Positions 9,330-17,950 of a DNA stretch of 51,026 bases are shown here, in pieces. How positions within the stretch are numbered: position 1 is the first letter of the stretch; each line of letters opens with the position of its first letter. A model generated the notes under the pieces. It worked only from the letters and a program-made list of their open reading frames with translations, made no database searches and had not been told where the DNA came from. Source of the DNA: an uncultured Gammaproteobacteria bacterium (GTDB taxonomy: Bacteria; Patescibacteriota; Microgenomatia; UBA12405). The stretch spans positions 1-51,026 of the forward strand of contig CAYOPC010000002.1 of assembly GCA_964405765.1 (NCBI GenBank), read 5' to 3'. A program made the position numbers and the translations under genes.

Positions 9330-10609
9330 TGAACCGGTTTACTAAAACTCTTTCACTCTATATTGAAGCTTTTAAAACCCCGATTTTTCGCAAGAAACTT
9401 CTATTTACATTAGGTATTTTAATCATTTTTCGTTTAACTGCTCATATTCCTGTTCCTGGTGTTAATCTTGAACTCCTTCAACAATTTTTCTCCCAAAATC
9501 AACTTTTATCTTTGTTAGACATTTTTTCCGGTGGTACCTTAGCCAATTTTTCCATCATGGCTCTCGGTCTTAGCCCTTATATCAGTGCTTCAGTCATGAT
9601 GCAGCTTTTGGCTTTAGTTGTGCCTCAAATTGAAGAACTTCAAAAAGAAGGGGAATATGGTCGGGCTAAAATCAATCAATATACCCGCATTGCCACTATT
9701 CCTTTTGCTATCGTCAATGGTTTAGGTATGTATGCTTTACTTCGTTCACAAAACATTATTACTGGTCTTGATTTGCTCACTACTATCGCTCTTATTACCA
9801 GTATGTTAGCCGGTACTATGATCATGATTTTCTTTGGTGAACTGATTAATCTTTACGGTGTTGGTAACGGTGTTTCTATGTTGATTTTTGCTGGTATTAT
9901 TGCTCGTCTTCCAGTAAGTTTTGCTCAAACTTTTTCAGTCACTGATTTTTCTAATCCTCAAACCGGACTTAATTTTATTATTTTTCTTGCCTTAGCGATC
10001 GCTCTTATAACCGCCATTGTTTTTGTTGAAGAAGCCGTTTTACGTATTCCTATCAATTATGCCAAAAGGGGGCAATCTACTTATTTACCCATCAAAGTCA
10101 ATACCGCCGGGGTTATGCCCATCATTTTTGCTGCTTCACTTGCTACCGTCCCTACGCTCATAGGTCAATTTGCTTCAAAATTACCCAACCAAAATATTGC
10201 CAATTTTGCTACTGGTATGTCTAACTTTTTCCGAACTGATGGTTATTTTTATATGTTCTTTTACTTCTTTTTAGTTATTGGTTTTACTTTCTTTTATACC
10301 TCCGTTGTTTTTAAACCAAAAGATATCGCCGAAGAATTACGTAAATCCGGTGGCTTTATCCCTGGTATTCGCCCAGGTCAATCAACCGAAAAACGTCTTC
10401 AATATTTAACCAGTCGGGTTTTGTTGATTGGTGCTGTTTTTTTGGGAGTTATTGCTGTTACTCCCCACATTGTTCAAAAAATTACCAACATTACTACCAT
10501 TACTATTGGTGGTACCAGTGTTCTTATTGCTGTTTCAGTAGTTTTGGAACTAACTCGAAAAATTGAAAACGTCGTTCAAACTTACAATTACGACAAATTA
10601 ACATATTAA
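9329..10609 (+). CDS. secY: Preprotein translocase subunit SecY
   Basis: 426 aa, multi-TM, conserved slot after rplO; the ATG overlaps the rplO stop (TAATG). Confidence 0.95.
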   Translation: MNRFTKTLSLYIEAFKTPIFRKKLLFTLGILIIFRLTAHIPVPGVNLELLQQFFSQNQLLSLLDIFSGGTLANFSIMALGLSPYISASVMMQLLALVVPQIEELQKEGEYGRAKINQYTRIATIPFAIVNGLGMYALLRSQNIITGLDLLTTIALITSMLAGTMIMIFFGELINLYGVGNGVSMLIFAGIIARLPVSFAQTFSVTDFSNPQTGLNFIIFLALAIALITAIVFVEEAVLRIPINYAKRGQSTYLPIKVNTAGVMPIIFAASLATVPTLIGQFASKLPNQNIANFATGMSNFFRTDGYFYMFFYFFLVIGFTFFYTSVVFKPKDIAEELRKSGGFIPGIRPGQSTEKRLQYLTSRVLLIGAVFLGVIAVTPHIVQKITNITTITIGGTSVLIAVSVVLELTRKIENVVQTYNYDKLTY

Positions 10610-10711
10610 AAATTAAAAAGTTTCCCTTTTTAAGGGAAAAACCGGTTTATCCGAAAAGGGTTTATTAATTAATTATTAATTTATTTATTAGTCATTAGAC
10701 ATTATTAAATT

Positions 10712-11293
10712 ATGTCATTAAATTTATTCATCATTGGTCCCTCCGGTTGCGGTAAATCTACCCAAGCCAAATTAATTGCCGCTAAATACAATTTAACCCA
10801 TCTTTCCATGGGTCAAATTCTTCGTGACGAAATGGCTGCTGGTAGCCCGGAAGGTCTTGAAGCCAAATCCTTCGTCGATAGCGGTACTTTAGTTCCCGAA
10901 GAATTAACTTTCAAACTTTTAACTGGAAAACTTAATCAAATCGGTAACAAAGATTTTATTATCGATGGTTTTCCTCGAAGTTTAGGTCAAGGTCAATTTA
11001 TTGAAAATTATCTCTCGCAGGTCAATGAACCTCTCGATCTTATTATTCATCTCGATGTTACTTTTGAAGAAATTAGTGCTCGCCGGGCCAAAATGGGCGC
11101 CGAGTTCCAAGATAAAGATCGTACTGACAATACTCCCGAAGCTATGGCGGCTCGCCAAAAATTCTACGATGACAACAATGGTTTGATTATGGATTATTTC
11201 AGTCCAAAAGGATTAATTCTTCAGGTTGACGGCAATCGTCCTATCGAACCGATTTTCGCTGACATTGACCAAAAAGTTAGTACTCTAAAATAA
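10712..11293 (+). CDS. adk: Adenylate kinase (short-LID type)
   Basis: 193 aa; P-loop GPSGCGKSTQ; FIIDGFPRS. I see no four-Cys LID. Confidence 0.9.
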   Translation: MSLNLFIIGPSGCGKSTQAKLIAAKYNLTHLSMGQILRDEMAAGSPEGLEAKSFVDSGTLVPEELTFKLLTGKLNQIGNKDFIIDGFPRSLGQGQFIENYLSQVNEPLDLIIHLDVTFEEISARRAKMGAEFQDKDRTDNTPEAMAARQKFYDDNNGLIMDYFSPKGLILQVDGNRPIEPIFADIDQKVSTLK

Positions 11294-11300
11294 ATAATTA

Positions 11301-11924
11301 ATGCCAAAAATCATTATCAATCAGAAAATTTGCGATAAATCTCCTGATTGCAGCGGAATTGCTGTTTGTCCAACAAAAGCTCTTTCGTTTGACGAGGATT
11401 CAAAATCAGTCAAATGGGATCAAGGTAAATGTGTTTTTTGTCTTCGCTGTACCATGCCAGATAGCTGTCCTATTGGTGCCATCATGTATGCCAGAGATGA
11501 AGCCGATGAAAAAAATATTTTAGATACCATTAATTCTGATCCTCGATCTGGGGAATGGTTATGGCAAGAAAGATTTGGTGTCGAACCGGGCCAACCATCA
11601 ATCGCCAAGGAATTAAATGAAACTAATTTTGAAGATGTTTTTTATTCTTCAGAAAATAATTTAATCGATATTTGGCATGAAGATTACTTGAATTGTCGTT
11701 TACACTCAATTTTGTATCAAGATATTCAAAAAGAAATAAAAAATCTAACTTTTTACAAATTAGATGCCAAAAAATATCCTGAATTAGCAAAGAAATTAGG
11801 TGTTACCATATTTCCTACTCTTCAACTCATTATTAACGGTAAAATTAACTTAATTTGCCAAGGTGATATTGAAGATTCAAATTTATCAATTATTATTAAT
11901 TCAGTCAAAGAAATTATTAATTAA
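11301..11924 (+). CDS. Ferredoxin-like (two Cys clusters) / thioredoxin-fold fusion protein
   Basis: The N-terminus has CDKSPDCSGIAVCP and CVFCLRCTMPDSCP. The C-terminal half looks thioredoxin-like (FPTLQLIINGK) with the WCxxC site degraded to YLNCRL. It occupies the slot where map usually sits. Confidence 0.6.
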   Translation: MPKIIINQKICDKSPDCSGIAVCPTKALSFDEDSKSVKWDQGKCVFCLRCTMPDSCPIGAIMYARDEADEKNILDTINSDPRSGEWLWQERFGVEPGQPSIAKELNETNFEDVFYSSENNLIDIWHEDYLNCRLHSILYQDIQKEIKNLTFYKLDAKKYPELAKKLGVTIFPTLQLIINGKINLICQGDIEDSNLSIIINSVKEIIN

Positions 11925-11930
11925 CTAAAA

Positions 11931-12137
11931 ATGCCCAAAGAACCAACAGTCAGAGGCCAAATCACTGAAGTCCTGCCCAATTCTCTTTACCGGGTTAAAC
12001 TCGAAAATGGTAACGAGATAATTGGTCATTTAGCCGGTAAATTACGCATGAATCACATTCGTGTTATTGCTGGTGACAATGTCTCTTTAATCCTTAGTCC
12101 CGATGGCGGATTAGGTCGAATAGTTTATCGAGGTTAA
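11931..12137 (+). CDS. infA: Translation initiation factor IF-1
   Basis: 68 aa S1-like OB fold; GQITEVLPNSLYRVKLENGNEIIGHLAGKLRMNHIRV. Confidence 0.93.
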   Translation: MPKEPTVRGQITEVLPNSLYRVKLENGNEIIGHLAGKLRMNHIRVIAGDNVSLILSPDGGLGRIVYRG

Positions 12138-12151
12138 ATTAAATTTACTCT

Positions 12152-12180
12152 TTGATATTGTCCCTAATTTAGGTTACAAT
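12152..12180 (+). promoter_or_regulatory. Sigma-70-like promoter for rpmJ and the alpha operon
   Basis: TTGATA (12152-12157), exactly 17 nt spacer, TACAAT (12175-12180); 16 nt upstream of the rpmJ ATG. Confidence 0.45.
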
Positions 12181-12196
12181 ATCCAAGTCTATTTCT

Positions 12197-12310
12197 ATGA
12201 AAGTAAAATCGAGTATCAAACGTCGTTGTCGAAATTGTCAGGTGGTCATTCGCCGCGGTGTTCGACGTATTATTTGTTCTACCAAAAGACATAACCAAAA
12301 ACAAGGTTAA
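12197..12310 (+). CDS. rpmJ: 50S ribosomal protein L36
   Basis: Absent from the ORF track because it is only 37 aa. I translated it by hand as [37 protein letters not shown], with stop TAA at 12308-12310. Canonical slot between infA and rpsM. Confidence 0.9.
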   Translation: MKVKSSIKRRCRNCQVVIRRGVRRIICSTKRHNQKQG

Positions 12311-12316
12311 ACTAGT

Positions 12317-12736
12317 ATGAGAATTCTTGGTGTTGAAATTCCAGATAACGAAAGAGCCGAAATCGGTTTGACTCGTTTTTATGGCATTGGTAAAACTAAT
12401 GTCATAAAGTTAGCCACCATGTCTAACATTAACTTAAATACCCGTATTAAAGATTTGACTCGTGATGAAGTCGCTGTTCTCATGAAATCGCTTGAATCTT
12501 TCAAAATTGAAGGTGATCTCAAAAAAGAAATTCGGGAAAATATTGATCGTCTTAAAGCCATTAAAGCCTATCGTGGCATTCGCCACATTGTTAGTCTTCC
12601 GGCTCATGGTCAACGAACCAAAACCAATGCTCGTACCCGTAAAGGTAAAAAGAAAACTGTCGGTTCTCTTACTAAAGAAGCCTGGGCTAAAATTGAATCC
12701 CAACAAAAGGCTGCTGCTACTGGTTCTAATAAATAA
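12317..12736 (+). CDS. rpsM: 30S ribosomal protein S13
   Basis: 139 aa; MRILGVEIPDNERAEIGLTRFYGIG. Confidence 0.95.
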   Translation: MRILGVEIPDNERAEIGLTRFYGIGKTNVIKLATMSNINLNTRIKDLTRDEVAVLMKSLESFKIEGDLKKEIRENIDRLKAIKAYRGIRHIVSLPAHGQRTKTNARTRKGKKKTVGSLTKEAWAKIESQQKAAATGSNK

Positions 12737-12739
12737 ACT

Positions 12740-13144
12740 ATGCCAGAAACTAACCAATCTCCAAAAACAGTTGTCAAAAAGAAAATCTTCAAAAACATTG
12801 CCGAAGGCCGTCTTTACGTTCAATCAACTTTTAACAATACTATAGTTAGTATTACCGACTCTAAAGGAAAAGTTTTAACCTGGTCAAGTGCTGGAAACTG
12901 TGGTTTCAAAGGTTCTCGTAAATCCACTCCGTACGCCGCCACTACTGCTATTGAAAAAGCTTTAGAAGAAGCCAAAAAACATGGTCTTAAAAAACTTGAG
13001 GTTTATCTCAAAGGTCCGGGTGTTGGTCGTGACGCCACTCTTCGATTTTTAAGAACCAAAAGAGATTTTGATGTCGACAAAATTGCCGATATTACCCCAA
13101 TTCCACATAATGGTCCACGTCCGCCAAAACAACGACGTGTTTAA
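12740..13144 (+). CDS. rpsK: 30S ribosomal protein S11
   Basis: 134 aa; GRLYVQSTFNNTIVSITDSKGKVLTWSSAG...; IADITPIPHNGPRPPKQRR. Confidence 0.95.
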   Translation: MPETNQSPKTVVKKKIFKNIAEGRLYVQSTFNNTIVSITDSKGKVLTWSSAGNCGFKGSRKSTPYAATTAIEKALEEAKKHGLKKLEVYLKGPGVGRDATLRFLRTKRDFDVDKIADITPIPHNGPRPPKQRRV

Positions 13145-13190
13145 TTTATAACTATTTAACTAATTTACTAATCAACTAATAAACTAATCT

Positions 13191-13820
13191 ATGTCTAGAG
13201 CTACATTAGATGCCAAATGCCGACTTTGTCGAGCTGCCGGTACTAAACTTTATCTCAAAGGAACCCGTTGCTATTCAGCCAAATGCCCCATCGAAAGAAA
13301 AGGTGCTGTTAAACCAGGTATGCACGGAGCTAGATCTTCCAGTAAACCCACCGATTACAGTCTTCAGCTTAAAGCTAAGCAAAAAGCTAAGCGTATTTAT
13401 GGTGTCCAGGAAACTCAATTCAAAAATTATTATCTAAAAGCTAAAACCCTCAAGGGTTTAGTCGGTGATAACTTACTTAATCTTCTCGAAAAAAGACTCG
13501 ATAATATCGTCTATCTTGCTGGTCTATCTCTTTCTCGATCTTCCGCTAAACAACTCATTAGTCATGGTCATATCACTGTTAACAGTAAAGTCATGGATAT
13601 CCCTTCTTATCAGGTAAAAATTAAAGATACTATCGCTATAGATTCAAAAATAGCTGATAAAATTGGTACTATTCCTGGTACAGAATCTGACTTCAAAGCC
13701 AAAAATTGGCTTGACCTCAACAAAAAAGATCTTACTGTCAAAATCATTTCTGAACCTCTCAAAGAGGAAATTGGTAATGATATCGACATCAATTTAATAA
13801 TTGAATATTATTCAAGATAA
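13191..13820 (+). CDS. rpsD: 30S ribosomal protein S4
   Basis: 209 aa; N-terminal CRLCR...C..C Cys cluster and an S4 RNA-binding domain (RLDNIVYLAGLSLSRSSAKQLISHGHI). Confidence 0.95.
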   Translation: MSRATLDAKCRLCRAAGTKLYLKGTRCYSAKCPIERKGAVKPGMHGARSSSKPTDYSLQLKAKQKAKRIYGVQETQFKNYYLKAKTLKGLVGDNLLNLLEKRLDNIVYLAGLSLSRSSAKQLISHGHITVNSKVMDIPSYQVKIKDTIAIDSKIADKIGTIPGTESDFKAKNWLDLNKKDLTVKIISEPLKEEIGNDIDINLIIEYYSR

Positions 13821-13834
13821 AAAAGGAGAACTTC

Positions 13835-14752
13835 ATGATTGAAACTAATAAGTTCAATGTCAAAACAGTTAAATCTACCGAAAATTACGGTAAATTTGAA
13901 CTTAGCCCTTTGGTCGGCGGTTTTGGCCACACTCTCGGTAATAGCTTACGTCGGGTTCTGCTAATCACTATTCCTGGCGCCGCCATTACTCGTATTCGAG
14001 TTGATGGGGCTAACCATCTTTTTACTACTCTTCCTGGTGTTAAGGAAGATTTAGTTGAAATTTCTTTAAATCTTAAAAAAGTTAAATTTAACTACACCAA
14101 AGATGAACCGACCGTCCTCAAACTTGAAAAAAAAGGTCCAGGTGTAGTTACTGCTGCTGATATCGTTGATAACGACTTGTGTCAAGTCAGTAATCCTAAT
14201 CAAATTATTGCTAATTTATCTGATTCTAAGTCAAAGTTATCCATGGAACTTACTGTCGAAAGGGGAGTCGGTTACACCATGGCTAAGGAACAAAAAACTG
14301 ATGTCGTTGGGGAAATCATCCTCGATGCCACCTTCACTCCAGTTCTTAAAACCAATTATACTGTTGAACCTACCCGTTTAGGTAAAAAGTCTGATTACGA
14401 CAAACTTACTATGGAAATTTGGACCGATGGTTCTATTGATCCACTTTATGCTCTCAAAATGGCCGCTAAAGATTTAATTAATTCTTTCGGCCAAATTGCT
14501 GATCCAAAAGAATTTGAAGAAGAAGTTGTTACCATTAATACTTCTATCGGCCCGCAAGGTAGCGATATTTCTGTTGAAGAAATCGAACTTCCTCTCAGAG
14601 TTACTAACGCTCTTAAAAAAGCCGGTTATCCTACCATTGACGCTTTGACTAAGGCTGGACGTCTTGATGTCAGCCGTGCTAGAAACGTTGGTGAAAAATC
14701 ACTCAAAGTTATTGATTCCTGGTTAAAGGAAAGAGGTTTTACCTGGAAATAA
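13835..14752 (+). CDS. rpoA: DNA-directed RNA polymerase subunit alpha
   Basis: 305 aa; GHTLGNSLRRVLL motif and a C-terminal helix-hairpin-helix domain (LPLRVTNALKKAGY). AAGGAG lies 6 nt upstream of the ATG. Confidence 0.95.
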   Translation: MIETNKFNVKTVKSTENYGKFELSPLVGGFGHTLGNSLRRVLLITIPGAAITRIRVDGANHLFTTLPGVKEDLVEISLNLKKVKFNYTKDEPTVLKLEKKGPGVVTAADIVDNDLCQVSNPNQIIANLSDSKSKLSMELTVERGVGYTMAKEQKTDVVGEIILDATFTPVLKTNYTVEPTRLGKKSDYDKLTMEIWTDGSIDPLYALKMAAKDLINSFGQIADPKEFEEEVVTINTSIGPQGSDISVEEIELPLRVTNALKKAGYPTIDALTKAGRLDVSRARNVGEKSLKVIDSWLKERGFTWK

Positions 14753-14770
14753 AACTTTAATCTCCTGTTT

Positions 14771-15247
14771 ATGAAACATCGTATTTTTGGAAAAAAATTA
14801 GGTAGAAACCATAACGAACGTAAAGCTCTGTTCAACTCTTTGACCAGATCAATCTTCATCCATGGTTCTATCAAGACTACCGAAGCTAAGGCTAAATCAA
14901 TTGTTTCTACTGTTGAATCGCTGGCTAACACTATTATTACCAAACCGGAATTAACTGCCAAAAGAGAACTTTTCCGTTATCTCCAGGATCAAACTTGGGT
15001 TAACCATGTCGTTTCCAAATTTAAAGAAACTTTTGGAGATCAGTCCAGCAATTTTACCCAAATTACTCGTGTTAAACGCCGTTTTGGCGACGATGCTCTT
15101 ATTGTTAAGCTTAGTTTTGTTAAACCGGTAAAATTTGACAAAACTAAAGCTAAAAAAATTGAAGAAAAAGCTGATAAAAAAGCTGCTTCCAAAAAACCGG
15201 CTCTCAAAAAAACCGTTAAGAAAGCTGATAAAAAGGAGACCAAATAA
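14771..15247 (+). CDS. rplQ: 50S ribosomal protein L17 with a Lys/Ala-rich C-terminal tail
   Basis: 158 aa; MKHRIFGKKLGRNHNERKALF, plus about 40 aa of KKAxKK-type tail. Confidence 0.9.
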   Translation: MKHRIFGKKLGRNHNERKALFNSLTRSIFIHGSIKTTEAKAKSIVSTVESLANTIITKPELTAKRELFRYLQDQTWVNHVVSKFKETFGDQSSNFTQITRVKRRFGDDALIVKLSFVKPVKFDKTKAKKIEEKADKKAASKKPALKKTVKKADKKETK

Positions 15248-15663
15248 TGAAAACCACAGTTACTAAAGGCAATCAGATTCAAAGATCTTGGCATTTAGTT
15301 GATCTTTCCGGTCAAACATTAGGTCGTATCTGTACTCAAATTGCCCAAATCCTTATGGGTAAAGACAAACCGGCTTTCTCTTATCATCGGGATGATGGTG
15401 ACTATGTTGTGGCCGTTAATGCTGATAAAATTCAAGTCACGGGTAGTAAACTCAAAGAAAAACTCTATCGCCATCACACTCACTGGTCTGGTGGTCTCAA
15501 AGAATTAACTCTAGCCGAGATGATGCAAAAAGATGCCAGACAAGTTATTATCCATGGAGTTTATGGCATGCTTCCCAAAAACAAACTTCGCGACACCCGA
15601 ATTACTCGTTTAAAAGTTTTCGTTGGTGCCACTCACCCATACGCTGACAAATTAACTAAATAA
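15247..15663 (+). CDS. rplM: 50S ribosomal protein L13
   Basis: 138 aa; WHLVDLSGQTLGRICTQIAQILMGKDKP. Confidence 0.95.
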   Translation: MKTTVTKGNQIQRSWHLVDLSGQTLGRICTQIAQILMGKDKPAFSYHRDDGDYVVAVNADKIQVTGSKLKEKLYRHHTHWSGGLKELTLAEMMQKDARQVIIHGVYGMLPKNKLRDTRITRLKVFVGATHPYADKLTK

Positions 15664-15665
15664 TT

Positions 15666-16076
15666 ATGGCCAAAACTACTTCAAAAAATTCTTATACCCG
15701 ATCTATTGGTCGTCGAAAAAGTGCGGTTGCCAGTTTGAAATTATTCTCCGGTAAAGGTGAATCCACTGTCAATGGTTTATCCCTAGAAAAATATTTTCCT
15801 ACCAAAACCGAAAAAATCGTTTACGACAAACCTTTTGAAATTACCAAAACTTCGGGAAAATATCATTTTCAAGCCAAAGTTCTTGGTGGTGGTAAAACCG
15901 GTCAAGTTCAGGCTCTTAGCTTAGCTATTTCTCGCTGCTTAATCAAAATTAACGACACTTTTAAAACTGATCTTCGTGCCAATGGTCTTTTGACCGTTGA
16001 CTCCAGAGTCAAGGAACGCCGTATGGTTGGTACCGGTGGCAAATCTCGAAGACAGAAACAGTCACCTAAGCGTTAA
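15666..16076 (+). CDS. rpsI: 30S ribosomal protein S9
   Basis: 136 aa; GRRKSAVASLKL...; C-terminal GGKSRRQKQSPKR. Confidence 0.95.
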   Translation: MAKTTSKNSYTRSIGRRKSAVASLKLFSGKGESTVNGLSLEKYFPTKTEKIVYDKPFEITKTSGKYHFQAKVLGGGKTGQVQALSLAISRCLIKINDTFKTDLRANGLLTVDSRVKERRMVGTGGKSRRQKQSPKR

Positions 16077-16105
16077 ACCGGTAATTCGATCCGCCTCTGG
16101 TGGAT

Positions 16106-16135
16106 CGCCGACAGAAACAATCTCCAAAGCGTTAA
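16106..16135 (+). pseudogene. Relic duplicate of the last nine rpsI codons plus stop
   Basis: CGC CGA CAG AAA CAA TCT CCA AAG CGT TAA reads RRQKQSPKR*, identical to the rpsI C-terminus (16047-16076). 25 of 30 nt match and all five differences are synonymous. It is in a different frame from rpsI, and an in-frame TAA (16082-16084) lies upstream of it. Confidence 0.7.
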
Positions 16136-16251
16136 AGGTAAATTCTGTTTTGCAGAAAAATGGTTTTATACTTTCAACCCTACTCCGGTATGGTTTTCGG
16201 TTTTCATCTTATTTTTTACTTGATAGACTGAAAAACTGATAAACTAAATCC

Positions 16252-16980
16252 ATGACTCTTATTCAATCTTTAACTCTCGGTCTAGTTCAAGCCATTAGTG
16301 AATTTTTACCCATTTCTTCAGATGGACATCTTAATTTAATCCAGTATTTTTTTAAATTAATTCCATCTCTAGATTTCGATATTTTTCTCCACACTGCCAC
16401 ATTTATTTCAGTAATTTTCCTTTTCCGACATCAAACCAAATATTTTTTTACTAACCTTAAATATATCATTGTTGGTTCTATCCCTGTAATTTTAATTGGC
16501 TGGTTTCTAAAAGATCAAATTGAATTAATTTCTGGACTACCGAAACTATTACCATTTTTTTTCTTATTCACCGGTATTTTAGTTTTTTCCACTAAATTTA
16601 TCTCGGCCAAAAATAAATCCTTGAACTATTTTTCTGCTTTTATTATCGGTATCTTTCAAGCTATCGCTCTTTTACCTGGAGTTTCCCGTTCCGGTTGTAC
16701 TATTTTTTCTGGCCTACTTTTAGGGCTTTCGCCCCAGAACGCCTTTAATTTTTCTTTCAGCTTATTTATTCCTGCCACCGCTGGCGCTATTTTACTTAGT
16801 ATCAACGATATCGCTTCCTCAAATTTTATTACTTTCAATAATATTCTCACTTTTATCATCACTTCTCTTGTCGGTATCTTTATTCTTTCTTTGTTTCAAA
16901 AAATCACCGTTAATCATAAATTCTGGTACTTTGGTGTCTATGTCATCTTCCTTAGCTTTCTTCTTTTCTTCATTCTTTAA
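16252..16980 (+). CDS. uppP: Undecaprenyl-diphosphatase (BacA/UppP family)
   Basis: 242 aa multi-TM; N-terminal QAISEFLPISSDGHL motif and PGVSRSG motif. Confidence 0.85.
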   Translation: MTLIQSLTLGLVQAISEFLPISSDGHLNLIQYFFKLIPSLDFDIFLHTATFISVIFLFRHQTKYFFTNLKYIIVGSIPVILIGWFLKDQIELISGLPKLLPFFFLFTGILVFSTKFISAKNKSLNYFSAFIIGIFQAIALLPGVSRSGCTIFSGLLLGLSPQNAFNFSFSLFIPATAGAILLSINDIASSNFITFNNILTFIITSLVGIFILSLFQKITVNHKFWYFGVYVIFLSFLLFFIL

Positions 16981-17031
16981 TTTTAATCATCTTTTTTACT
17001 TTTATACTTTTTAGCCGTATAATACGGTTAT

Positions 17032-17715
17032 ATGGATAAAAACACCAAAGTTTCGGAAATTTTTAAACAAAGTTTAGTTATTTATCAAAAACGGTTTTGG
17101 ACTTTCTTTTTAATCGTCCTTATTCCTCTTTTATTCACTGGATTAATCAGTTACTTTACTGGTTTTTTACCTAAAAATATTAAATTAATCAATCACCTTC
17201 TAACTTACATTATTATCAGCACCATCCCTTTTTGGGGAAATCTATCCTTATATCAAACAATTCAAAATAAAAACACTGATTTATTCAAAATTTTTAAACT
17301 ATCATTAAAAAAACTTTTACCTTTCTTAATTCTTAGTCTATTGTTCGAATTAGCTATTTTTGGCGGTTTAATTCTCTTGGTAATTCCGGGAATTTTATTT
17401 ATGATTTGGTTTAGTTTAGCCTTTTGGATTTTTGTTGATCAGGATATTCATGGCAACAAAGCTTTGTTATTAAGCAAAAAATATATGACAGGTAATATTG
17501 GTTATGTTTTTAAAAAAATGACTTTTATTGTATTACTTTCTATTCTCCCATTATTAGTCACTTCAATTATTTTTAAAGAAAATTTAATCCTAAGTTTGGT
17601 CACCACTAGTATTCTTTCTGCTTTAATCGGTCCGCTTAATGCTATTTATGGATACTTTATTTACCAAAATATCAAAAATTCCCAAACACCCCGTCCCAAT
17701 AAAATTAAAAACTAA
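17032..17715 (+). CDS. Hypothetical multi-pass membrane protein
   Basis: 227 aa with several hydrophobic segments; I recognise no family. Preceded by a T-rich heptamer module. Confidence 0.5.
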   Translation: MDKNTKVSEIFKQSLVIYQKRFWTFFLIVLIPLLFTGLISYFTGFLPKNIKLINHLLTYIIISTIPFWGNLSLYQTIQNKNTDLFKIFKLSLKKLLPFLILSLLFELAIFGGLILLVIPGILFMIWFSLAFWIFVDQDIHGNKALLLSKKYMTGNIGYVFKKMTFIVLLSILPLLVTSIIFKENLILSLVTTSILSALIGPLNAIYGYFIYQNIKNSQTPRPNKIKN

Positions 17716-17933
17716 CACTCACCAATTTTCCCATTGATTCGGTTTAAAATTAGTTTCTTCAAATTTTTTCTGGCAATTTTTACCATTCTTACCGGTCGTT
17801 CTTGTTCCCTTAAGTCTATAATTTCAAAATCTAAATGGTATTTTCGATCCTCATTAATATTTAAACTAAATTCTGATTGATCGTCCCGATGAAGTTTTGA
17901 TTTATATCGGGATTTTTCTTTTTTATTTTTCAT
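17712..17933 (-). CDS. Hypothetical small charged protein
   Basis: 73 aa ORF with no recognisable motif; tail-to-tail 4-nt overlap with the upstream plus-strand gene. Confidence 0.35.
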   Translation of the reverse strand: MKNKKEKSRYKSKLHRDDQSEFSLNINEDRKYHLDFEIIDLREQERPVRMVKIARKNLKKLILNRINGKIGEC

Positions 17934-17950
17934 ATTTTTAAAATTTTTTA

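Noticed and set aside
106-15294. Numerous 60-130 aa ORFs overlapping or antisense to the ribosomal protein genes (for example 106-495, 1180-1455, 3340-3732, 4667-4960, 12434-12823, 14626-14961, 15040-15294)
   Set aside because: They are shadow frames of highly conserved genes. Their composition is Leu/Ser/Lys-rich as expected from AT-rich out-of-frame reading, and none has an independent start context.
15997-16239. 80-aa ORF spanning the rpsI 3' end and the downstream spacer
   Set aside because: It starts out of frame inside rpsI and runs through the hairpin and the relic duplicate. It has no coding signature.
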